Shown: in pieces, positions 23,876 to 36,800 of the stretch
Numbering within the stretch: the first letter of the stretch is position 1
Layout of the letters: each line of letters starts with the position of its first letter
Source of the DNA: the human T2T-CHM13v2.0 reference genome, Homo sapiens
Reading direction: 5' to 3' (one strand)
DNA: 64,000 nucleotides
Assembly (NCBI RefSeq): GCF_009914755.1
Contig: NC_060926.1
The notes under the pieces: generated by a model
Databases searched by the model: none
Seen by the model: the letters and a program-made list of their open reading frames with translations, nothing else
What the model was told of the DNA's origin: nothing
Program-made: the position numbers and the translations under genes

Positions 23876-24804
23876 TGATCTACCCTCCTCGGCCTGCCAA
23901 AGTGCTGGATTACAGGTGTGAGCCACCGCACCAGGCCTTACATTCTCTCTCTTAAAGAGAGAATGTAAGGTATCTAAATCTGCTGCTAAACCATCATTGT
24001 TTTTAATTGTAATAAGGTCTCTTTTATGTACTCACATTGATAAGAGACAAGTAGGAAATAATCTTTAAAGGGCAAACTAATGTAAATGTGTTTTCCTGTC
24101 TGTTTACAGGACTTAGCAAATGCACATCTTAGAGTTCTGGGTTTCTAATGTGTATCTCCTCTATGAAATTCTTTAAAAATATCTGTTATTGGTATCCCTT
24201 AGGTTAGTCTCTTTTAGAACTTCTAAATCAATGGACCCTTAACTTATAGGAGCCACCTGGACGTTAGCAACACCTACATTAAACATGCTGAGCTTTTAAA
24301 AGAGGCCTGTTAGACATGCTGAGTATTTTGAGATAGTATCATTGTTGTATTGAAAACTATTGAAAACTTTAATTTTAAAATGCAAACGTTCTTAAAGTCC
24401 TGGTTAATTTTATAACTATAAAATTAGTTATAATTTTGAGATTTCTGTCTTGTTTTTTATAAGGGCAGTTTTACTCTTAGGTGACTAGAAGTAGATTTCT
24501 TCTTTTTTATAACTATAAAATTAGGTTTACTTTTGTTAGAATAAATTAAAGACAGTGAATTTGTAATTTGAATAAGTATTAAAAATATACATGATGTATT
24601 CTTATTTGGGCCCTTGTGACAAAAATACTATTGTGGCTATAGAAACCTATCCTATAGTTTGAAGAACTGAGATTACTGTCAGTATTGAGAACATTCCTCC
24701 TTCATCATTAGAAAGATTATTAAAAACCAGATTCAAAGAAACTATCAATACTACTTATGAAGTATGTCTGTAAAAAAAATTAAGCCTGAATCTTATCAGG
24801 CCTC

Positions 24805-24965
24805 TAGACCGGGGGTTCTCAAGGTATGGGCCCCAGACCAGAAGTATCAGCAACAAATTGCTAAAAATGCAGAATCTTGGGTCAGAAATTGGGGACCAGC
24901 AATTGGAATTTTAGTAAGTATACCAGATGATTCAGATGCCTGCTCAATTTTGAGGATGACTCTTA
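24805..24965. mobile_element. MER5A-like hAT-Charlie element
   Basis: GGTTCTCAAGGTATGGGCCCCAGACCAG...AAATGCAGAATCTTGGG...TTTGAGGATGACT. Confidence 0.75.
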
Positions 24966-25372
24966 TCAGTTTAGTTATTAGGGTTTACAGGGGATGGGGA
25001 ACATGTTAAAGAACACCAACTAGATAAGGTCAATCAGTCAAAAGTAAGTTGTCTGGACATTCTGGGCCTCCTCATGTCTTAGAAAGCACACAATACCATC
25101 TATGATGTATTTTTGTCCACCATCCCACCCAATTGCACCTGGATCTTCCTATTTATAGGCAATTGGAACAAGCTCAGTGTTACCCTGTAATGATTAAAAC
25201 CCAAATATAGAACTGCTATAGCATAAATGACCACTTTCTTCAATTAATAAGTGGCACATTAAAAATATACTTATATATATAATTGTTATAGATAAAAAAA
25301 CAACAAAATGACTGGGCGTGGTGGCTCACACCTGTAATCCCAGCACTTTGGGAGGCCAAGGCGGGCAGATCA

Positions 25373-25612
<240 letters not shown>

Positions 25613-25950
25613 TTAAGGAATATCAACCAAATGCAATATATGAGCCCTATTTAGGATACTATAAAAAGACATTCACAATAACACAGGCAAAATGAACATA
25701 AACTAGGTATAGGTGACAGAGAAATCCAATAAACATTGAATTATTCACTGGGGAAAGAAATGATGTGTGGGATTTAAGTCTCTAACTCTCCCCTATTTAC
25801 GCCAAAAGATTGTCCATGAGTTGAAAACTGTTAGAGATGGGTGACAACTCAAGAGAGATTATAGCGTCTTCCTTGTGCTTGTAAATGTCAAAAATAAAAG
25901 TAATTTAAAACTAAAACAAAAACGAAACCATAATTCTTAAGATGCAGCTT

Positions 25951-27398
25951 GAATTCAGTTAACTATAGCAGTTGTATATGAAGCATTTCAAAGAAGTTAA
26001 TGACATCACAGTATTAAATCCATCTGACATGGAAACCAACTCTAACTACATCATAGTTTTTTTTTTTTTTTTTTTTGAGATGGAGTCTCGCTCTGCCGTC
26101 AGGCTGGAGTACAGTGGCGTGACACATCACTGCAACCTCCGCCTCGTGAGTTCAAGCGACTCTGCTGCCTCAGCCCCCTGAGTAGCTGGGACTACAGGCG
26201 CATGCCACCACGTCCAGCTAATTTTTGTATTTTTAGTAGAGACGAGATTTCACCATGTTGGCCAGGATGGTCTCGGTATCTTGATCTTGTGATCCGCCTG
26301 CCTCGGCCTCCCAAAGTGGTGGGATTATAGGCGTGAACCACCGGCGCCTGGCCTATGGCACAGTTTTAAAACTGCATTTGCCTAGAAAGTGGACTGCTGT
26401 ATATAGACCAAGTGTTGGGCTCTATGGCTCCATTGTCTTAGGCTATTTGGGGTTGGAGGAAGGAAGAGGCGTGAAGTAGAAAAGGAACAAGCTAATAAAT
26501 GCTTTTTAAAAAGTAGAATTTAAAACAAAACCACGTTCAGCTGAACACCAGAACTCAACCCCAGGATAAAAATCCAATTTTCAAAGAGCTAGAAGATCAA
26601 GCTAAGCACTTATTGTATTTTGCTGAACGTTAAAATTATATAAATGTACTACAGTTGCCTCAAGATGTTAAAAAGTCAGCTTTTCAAATCTAGTCACGGC
26701 CTACTCATATGACAGACCCAATTCAAATGAGCAAAATTGAAAAGTTACACATACAGACAACTTCTCAACCACCAGGCTGTTTAGTTTAAGTTAGAAGTCA
26801 GAAGTTCTGAGACTCTCCTTTTACCCACCTTGAGCAACCGCAGCAAGTTTTCCCTTTTCTTCAGGGCTGAGCTGCAACATCGTATTTATAACAGGAAGAA
26901 GTCTCTCTCTTTCACTACCTGGCTTCAAGAAAATGAACTGCAGCAAGACGTTCTTCAAGTATTCCAGGTTAGCTGCAGACTTCTCTCGCTCTTGATTCCT
27001 TTCCAATCTTCTTATTTCACTTTTGAGAAGCTGGTGTTAGAGAAATGAGTTAAAAATGGGCTTTAGGAGCTTCTGATTAAATATGGCAGACTGAACTCAT
27101 GTATTTTTCTTCTCTTCCCCCCAAATTTCCCCCTTCCCTCCATATGGCAATAAAGGAAGGAATTCAGTTAACTACAGCAGCTGCATGTGAAGCATTTCAA
27201 AGGAGTTTATGACATCACCGTATAAAATCCATTTGACATGAAAACCGGAACTCCAACTATGAGATAGTTTCAAAGCTGCATTTGCCTAGAAAGTGGATTG
27301 CTGCATATGAACCAAGTGTTGGGCTATAGGACTCCATTGTCCTAAGCTATTTGGGGTTGGAAGGAAGAGGGGCGAAGTAGAAAAGCAACAAGCTAATA
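25951..27398 (+). repeat. Diverged ~240-bp direct repeat (25951-26497 split by an Alu; 27160-27398) flanking the GRIP exon
   Basis: Shared GAATTCAGTTAACTA...CTGCATTTGCCTAGAAAGTGG...AACAAGCTAATA. Confidence 0.9.
26829..27030 (-). CDS. RGPD6: RGPD exon 22, GRIP domain (202 nt; LLKSEIRRLE...LEYLKNVLLQF...AAVAQ)
   Basis: CAG/GTGGGT; GRIP signature with conserved Tyr (26959-61). Confidence 0.95.
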
Positions 27399-27992
27399 CA
27401 AGAGGAGAAAAAGTAGATGAGACACATCAAGAAATTCTCACGAGAAACAGATGAAGAGGTGGAAATGAGTCAGTCCAGCAGCTTACCAAGTATCACTGAC
27501 AAGAGGAGAGGATGCATCCTGTGTAAATACTGGGGTTCTTGTCTCAGAAGCACAGGGTATCATGGAAATGGAGTTGAAAGCTGGGGAACTGATGGAACGT
27601 CTCCATGAGGAGCAACTAACTGGAGCCATGGGTTGGTACCAAGATGTTCCCTCTGCCTTCTACTTTCGATAGAAACTAAGCCAGTATGGCATGGGGCTCT
27701 GAAAATGGGCTGAGGGGAACATCGGCAGCCTCCACTAACCCCCTGCCCCTACCCTGTTCCTAAAGTCCCAGGCAGTTAAGACGTCCACAGTGAACGGCAC
27801 TTAATCAAAACAAAAGTTCAGACACAGTGAAAATTCAGGAATATAAGACAATGTAAAACACTATCAGAGAAATGAGGCAAAGAACAATATAAAAAAGGTA
27901 ATATCATGTTCAAGTCTTTGAGGAAGATTTCCAGGTTGAAACCAAGCCATAGCTTTTAGTATATTTTCATTTTAGGTTAGGCAAGAAAGTTA

Positions 27993-28367
<375 letters not shown>

Positions 28368-29219
28368 TCAAAAAAAAAAAACAAGAAAATATAACATTTA
28401 AATAAGTCATTTAGGTTTACTGGGCTAGTTAGTGATTTGTTAGCTATGATAATGTTTTTATTAGTGGGAAAATGTTATTTTATAGAGATGCATACTGAAG
28501 TATTTAATGGTGGAATGTCATGATATATACAATTTACTGAAAATAACTGAATTCGGCTTTAAAATAATCTGACAAGGATAGCTAGTGGCCTTGCACAGTG
28601 GCAGGACAGATCTATTAGGAGCAGCAAAGTACAGGGGAAAAGCATGTACTTTTCAGACAGCTATGAGTTTGAATTTTGTTCCACCATTTACCAGCTTCAA
28701 TTTTTCTCTCAACCAGTGATGAGATTAAATAATGTATGTAAAGCCCAGGGCCTGGGTCATAAGAACTCCTCAACAAGCAGTATGACTATATTCTGAGGGG
28801 TGATTTATCAGTGAGCCAGGGTGGAAAAACCTCATTTGAGTAATCCTCAACTGTTCTGCAACATTCCTAGATGTTTCTGGTGTCTACTTTAAACAGGAAA
28901 AACTTCCCATGCCACTTTGCCATCTCCACCTGAAAACTGTTTAGTAGTTCAGTACTATAAATATCAGTTGAATAATTTAAATTCACTGGTTATCTTTAGA
29001 ATTCAAAGACTCACACCCATTTTTTATTTAAGCATATGTGAACAATGATTTGTGAACATCTCTCTAGTTTCTAAATCTATTACGGTTTCTTAGGAAAAGT
29101 AGGAATTAAGAAATAATCTTTATGTAATAGGTGTAAAAGAAGTATTTTGGCTGGATGCGGTGGCTCACACCTGTAATACCCGCACTTCGGGAGGCCAAGG
29201 CAGGTGGATCACGAGGTCA

Positions 29220-29459
<240 letters not shown>

Positions 29460-29600
29460 TCACCATCAGGAATCTAATATAAAGATCAAGACGTTATAGA
29501 TGCATCTGCAATGTGAATTTTTAAACTTGGGTGCATGTGTATGGAAGGTCCAGAAAACCAAACTGGCGGTTTTCACGGTGGCCAGGTTTTCTGATCTCAC

Positions 29601-29740
29601 CTTAATTTGCTCCATAAGGACTGCATTGGTTGCCTCTATTTCCCGAAGCAGGCCGTTTAAGTGATCTGCACTTTTTGTGGTGGAACGGAGCTTCTGAACC
29701 AATTCTTCTTTGGTAAATTCAGCATGCCATAATGGAGGCT
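29601..29740 (-). CDS. RGPD6: RGPD exon 21, GCC2-derived coiled coil (140 nt; EPPLWHAEF...MEQIK)
   Basis: CAG/GTGAGA; phase 1 joins exon 20. Confidence 0.95.
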
Positions 29741-30658
29741 CTGCAAGATGTTGTTCCAAGAATTAATTTTCAAAATCATACATTACAGATGAAGATTCTA
29801 AATAAGAAAAATCTAAATATAAATATCTTACTATGTGATATTTTATAGGTCTGCTTTCTTTGCCATTCATCTATTCAGCATACCTCAATCAACAGATTAT
29901 ATGTTGTAGGTGACACAAATAAAACAGTATCTCTGTTGTAAAGCATGTAATCTAACTGAATAAAGCCCTATGAATCCCAGTTCTGAAATTTGTCAGAATT
30001 GTGTTTATAGACAGTTTTATTACACATCTTCTTCTCATCTATTAATATTCCAAGATTTTATGTCATTTCACGTATAAGGAAAGCATTAACATTTACTGGT
30101 CACGTATCATGTTCCCTCATAAGAATCTTCTATCAGGCGGGGTAGGTATCATTATTCAAAGTTTACAGATGATGAAACAGGCTCACAGTTGACAGGTAAT
30201 TTTTTCAGAAATCACAAAGTCAAATTGGCTTCTGGAGTCTGCTGCTCTATCATGATGCCTCCGTGTCACCACTATTAACTTTGCCTGAAGGAACCATGAC
30301 TTGCAGTTTCTACCCCACGTGGTCAGTGACCATGAATACAAATGACCCTTACTCCAGGTGATTCTGAAGTTTCAGGAAGATGACAGATTCCCCCTAAATT
30401 TTGAACAGTAATATTAATTACAAGTAATAAAATATACCAAAACATCACTACAAAAATTTAGCATTACTTCATCAAGAGGAATAAACTGAAACTGTCAGTT
30501 TCTTGGAAGGGTGAGAGGATAGTTTATCCTGCTTTCTAATACCCACCACCTATTTGTGACTATAAACTTCCCACCACTTATTTATGGTTCAAGCCTAGGG
30601 CAAGAGCTAGCATTTTATTTTAAAAAAGATTTGTTTAATAATTTTTCCATTTGGACAG

Positions 30659-31093
30659 TGTGATGGTTAATACTGGGTGTCAACTTGATTGGATTAAAGG
30701 ATGCAAAGTATTAATCCTGAGTGTTGTCTGTGAGGGTGTTGCCAAAGGGATTAACATTTGAGTCAGTGGGCTGGGGAAGGCAGACCCACCCTTAATCTGG
30801 TAGGTGCCATCTAATCAGCTGCCAGCGAATATAAAGCAGGCAGAAAAACCTGAAAAGGCGAGACTGGCCTAGCCTCCCAAGCTACATCTTTCTCCTGTGC
30901 TGGATGCTTCCTGCCCTTGAACATCAGACTCCTAGTTCTTCAGTTTTGGAACTTGGACTGGCTCTCGTTGCTCCTCAGTCTGCAGATGGCCTAGTGATCG
31001 TGTAAGGTAATACTTAATAAGCATCCATCCATCCATCCCATCCATCCATCCAACCATCCAATTAGTTCTGTCCCTCTAGAGAACCCTAATACA
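30659..31093 (+). mobile_element. MLT2A (ERVL) solo LTR with internal (ATCC)n
   Basis: TGTGATGGTTAATACT...GAGAACCCTAATACA termini; 5-bp TSD GACAG/AACAG. Confidence 0.9.
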
Positions 31094-31223
31094 AACAGGT
31101 AGTGGAATATTGAAAGAAATTTTATTGGAGCAGCCCAAAAAAGCATATGTACCTTAGAGTAATAGTAATTAAATAAGACAGTGAAATTAAAGAAGAAGAA
31201 CATATTTAGACAGAGTAACAGAC

Positions 31224-31418
31224 CAAGTTTAGTTTCGGGAGAATTAAGCAGCTGCTCTAAAGACTGTGTGTATGTGCTGGCGGAAGACACAGACTCCGTA
31301 TCAGTTGTCTCCATGCCTTCTCCCTCTTCCCGGGTTACAGTGTGCATGTCTAGAAGCGGGAGGTCTGTGTTTCTCCTTTCTCGAAGGTTCTTCAAAGATT
31401 GTTGAGAGGAAACTGGGC
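31224..31418 (-). pseudogene. GCC2-derived exon (195 nt; GPVSSQQSLKNLRERRNTDLPLL...SPETKL), apparently skipped in the main isoform
   Basis: TAG acceptor, open frame, phase 1-1, weak GTCTGT donor. Confidence 0.8.
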
Positions 31419-31593
31419 CTATTAGATTTTTTTTAAAGGTTAAGTGTGAGATTGTTCAAAATCTATTGATTCGGCCTTACAGAGGTACACAATAAAATGA
31501 AAATATCAAATGATAAGAGTAGAGGAATTAAGTAACTATAAGTGAAAGGTGTATGAAGAATTGCTAAAACATTTCTTAAAATTTAGTCATCAA

Positions 31594-32611
<1,018 letters not shown>

Positions 32612-33318
32612 TAAACTGTAAAGTTTACCAGGCCCTTTGACATGTATTGGTTTATTGACTCCCAAAAATCTGAAGTTCAGAGAAATTTAATGACTTTGCC
32701 CAAGGTCTCATAACTGAGTTAGAAACCAGAATTGTAATCTAGATTTTTATTTAAACTTCAGATTTCATTTATTTTGCATTTCATTAAATTGCCTTAGTCC
32801 TGACTGCCCTTTCTGAAGCATTTTCCTGGGTTTCTGGTAAGCTGACTGCTTATTCCACTGCTGATTGCTAGATTACAATCTCTTGTGCGACCTTTGCCCT
32901 GGCTGATTACTTCCTTTGTTGATTCTTTGGCATATATTAAATTCTTCTGAAGTTGCTTTTTTACCCTAATAAGTGACCGATAGCTGCTAATGCTCCAGTG
33001 ACAATATTTCCCATGGGAAACCAAAACACCATCAACTTGCTACTAAAATACTGCATCATCATGGCTGACATTTTTCCATTTCTTCCTGGAAGCAGAATGG
33101 AAGATACTGGGTACGGCTGAACTAAAACTCCAACTAATTGTAAATGTGAAAGCAAAGAAGCTATATTGGTTATGCAATTCTACACATTCAGTGCCGCTTG
33201 AGTGTTTCTAAGTTCCTTGCTCTAGCTAATGTTTCTATTTAAAAAGTAGACAAATTTGATGACTAACAACGGAGAACACGAAACAAATCTGGTGAATACC
33301 AGAATTAAGACATGTGTC

Positions 33319-33405
33319 AGCCAGGCGCAGTGGCTCATGCCTGTAATCCCAGCACTTTGGGAGGCCGAGGCGGGTGGATCACGAGGTCAGGAGACCGAGA
33401 CTATC
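33319..33405 (+). mobile_element. Alu left-arm 5' fragment truncated at the gene-fusion junction
   Basis: Alu ends abruptly at GAGACTATC; no right arm, tail or TSD. Confidence 0.9.
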
Positions 33406-33440
33406 TGAGGGAGAATCTTCAGGTTTTTTCTTCTCTTTTG
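33403..33440 (-). pseudogene. Truncated remnant of RANBP2 exon 21 ((A)[12 protein letters not shown]) at the fusion junction
   Basis: Intact TTACAG acceptor with pyrimidine tract; translation continues RANBP2 ...KTPEK|[13 protein letters not shown], then Alu sequence begins. Confidence 0.9.
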
Positions 33441-34229
33441 CTGTAACACCAGTCAAAAAAATTGACAAAGATAAGGTATTAAGTATTGACGTTAATACTC
33501 TACCTGAAAATAAAAACCATGGAACCTATCTATAGGTTAAAACAGCATACTGATAAAAAACACATATACTTTGATGCAGAGATGTACGATAATCATGAAT
33601 TAGAATTAGCATCCTGATTTAGTGTTCTACCAAAAACCCTAAGTGAACACAGAATCTATTTAAAACCAAAGAAAACAAAAAAAATCTTGTGTTTACTTAA
33701 TAGTCATTGAAAAGAATTACTACAAAATTTCTAGAATTTAAAAAGGTTAAAAATTTTAAAGTGTTGCCTAACTATACTTAGCATACAATAGTTTACCAAA
33801 ATATCCACGCATTTGCAGCAATTGAAAAAAATCTTAAAACATAAGCAAGTATTAGTATACATATGAAACTAATCCAAAGCCAACTGTGATTAGTTCCTGT
33901 AAGGAAAGTTAACAATTGCCAAGAATGGAAGGTGACTAGAGTTGCATCTAGTTTGCCTGTGTTCAAGCATGATACTAGATAAAATTAAATAAAAACTGTG
34001 ACTCTATGGGTAGCTAACACTATAAAATCTAAGACCATTCATATGGCTGAAAACAACCCATCCCCAGCCACCATCAATGCAAAGGGCAAAAAATTAGAAA
34101 CAGAAAAAACTTCTATATGCAACCTGTTCTGATCTATTAATGTAAAGAAGAACTTCTGGCTAAAGGAGTTTAATAAAGTAAGCCAGTTATGAAGCATGCC
34201 ATGTATACCAACTGGTGACAGGGAAACAT

Positions 34230-34755
34230 TCTGAGAGCTATGGTGTCCAATATGGTAGCCTAGCCACATTCTATTAAAACCTCACAAGGTGGCTAGTCCA
34301 AATCAAGACATGCTAACAGTAAGTGTAAACACACACACTGGATTTTGAAGACTTGGTGAAAAACAATAATGTAAAATATCGTTAATTTTTATATTAATTA
34401 GAAGTTAAAATGATATTTTGGACATAATGAGTTAAATCAAATCTATCAATAAAGTTACTTTCATCTGTTTCCCTTTTTAACTGTTTCTTTTTATTCTTTT
34501 TAATATGGCTACTAGAAAATTTATTTATTTATGTATTTATTTGAGATGCGGTCTTCCTTTGTCACCTTTGTCACCCAGAGCTGGAGTGCAGTGATGTGAT
34601 CATAGTTCACTGAAGCCTGGAACTTGTGGGCTCAAGTGATCCCTCTGCCTCAGCCTCCCAAGTAACTGGGATTATAGGCACAAGCCATTGCACCAAATGA
34701 CAATTTTAAATTACATACACAGGTTATATTTTATTTCTATTGGATGACACTGCTC
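34230..34755. mobile_element. MER33-like element interrupted by an Alu monomer (~34520-34695)
   Basis: GTCCAATATGGTAGCC...CTATTGGATGACACTG ends. Confidence 0.7.
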
Positions 34756-36119
34756 TGCAGAACCAGTGCCCTTCCTTTTACAATGTTAAATCTGTCCCTC
34801 TCCTTCATTATAAACAAAAACTTAGTATCATTTCCTAGCTAGGAGAAATAACAGTACACCATAAGATACAGATTCTTGTTCCACTTCTGCTATTACTCAG
34901 TAAAGACCCCTTGGGTAAATCAGATAGCCTCTCTTGGCCTCAGTTTACTCATGTCTAAAGTCTTCATTTCTAAGGTCCCTTGGGACAATGACATTATCAG
35001 ATTCAAAACAGAATAAGGCTCTATGTTCTACAGTAGTGTATAGGCACATTCGTTCTTAGCTCAGGGATTCTTAACCTAGAGCTCACAGAAACTGTACGCA
35101 AGTATACATCCACTTTTAAGTTAACACTTTTCACATTTCTCAAAGACCGTATCTTTAAAATAAAAGATTAAGAGCTACCTTAGCTGGTAATAAAACTGGT
35201 ATACTTAAAAAAAAATCAGAGATTGTTACTTTATCATTGTACTTGTTTGGCATGGCTAAGATGTGTTACTGGTCACTAAGGGTGAGATTTCACTTCCCTA
35301 ACCTGTTCTTGAAGGCCTTCAACAGATCCCACTTCTTGTTCCACTCTAGTAGCCACACTTCTAAAAATGATCTGTGCAACATATATAATATGCAAGCTGT
35401 AGAATGCTGGCTGTTAAAAATGGGGTCCATTTTCAAATACAACATTTTTCTAAACCATGCACAAAAGAACAGCCCTACAGGGACACTCTTCCATACTGTA
35501 TACATGCCGTTGCCACTACATGTGAATACTGGCAGACGTTAGTGGCTAAAGATAAACATTAGATAAAACATAGGTCTTCATTGAGCAGACCTGAAATAGC
35601 AGAGCAATGAAGTACATTACAAATCAGCATCCCACTACATTTTAAAAAACAAACCAACAAGGGTGTCATGCCACCAGTCAAAAGGTACTTTGCTTAAACT
35701 GGCATTCTTTAACATGCATGTTGTAGTGGTAAGTACTTCATTTCATACAGCCACAGTAATTAATACTTTGCTAAGGGCTACCCAGCTGCTAAAAACTGCT
35801 GTTATCTCATACTGAGAATGCTAGTTCTATACCTTTGCTCTCAGGCTGTGAGGAAGGGGTGCTAGTCCAAAAGGCCATGGGATTAGATTTAAAAAGGCTA
35901 AAATTAAATCCTAGAAAATAAAGAATATTTCATTTTTTAACATTTTAGGAAACAAAATGAATATGCTTTTAAAACATAAAAAGCCAGAATCCCTCAATTT
36001 ATACCACCAATCTGACTGTCTTACATATTCATTTATCCCTGTAGTTTCATTCTTTGCTCATTTAATACATGAGCAAGACTGACATACAACACATAAAATG
36101 AGAACATCTCAATATCATG

Positions 36120-36438
36120 TTTTTTTTTGTTTTTTGTTTTTTGTTTTTTTTGGAGACAAAGTCTCACTCAGTCACTCAGTCAGGCTGGAGTAAGTGGCAT
36201 GATTTCAGCTCACTGCTACCTCCATCTCCTGTGCTCAAGCGATCCTCCTGCCTCAACCTCCTGAGTAGCTGCTAATTATAGGCACGCACCACCATGCCCG
36301 GCTCATTTTTGTATTTTCAGTAGAAACAGGGTTTCACCATGTTGGCCAGGCTGGTCTCGAACTCCTGAGCTCAAGTGATCTGCCCACCTCAACCTCCCAA
36401 AGTGCTGGCATTCTAGGAGTGAGCCACCGTGCCCAGCC
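36120..36438 (-). mobile_element. Alu
   Basis: Full length; TSD TCAATATCATGTTTT. Confidence 0.95.
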
Positions 36439-36800
36439 TCAATATCATGTTTTCTGAGTGACAAAAGAAACAGAACAAATGAAAATGAACACTTTAAAAA
36501 AAGACTCACGTTAATGCGCATGATTCAAGCATGACTCCGTACACTGTACCAAGTTCTTTTGCTCTGCCCTAGCATGATAGAAGTATCTTCCAGTTACTGA
36601 AATGTCTTTAACTAAGTTCTCTTGCTCTTTGAAACCTCACCGAGAACTTATTAAGGGAGAAAAAAAACTGCTCAAATATTTTGGGGGTGTTCACAAAGCA
36701 TCGTTTATATCCCAACATTAGTATCCCACAAAGAGTCTGCATCAAGCTAAACATTAAAAGAAAGAAAAATTGTGCTTAACTTTAACAACAAAGTACCTAC

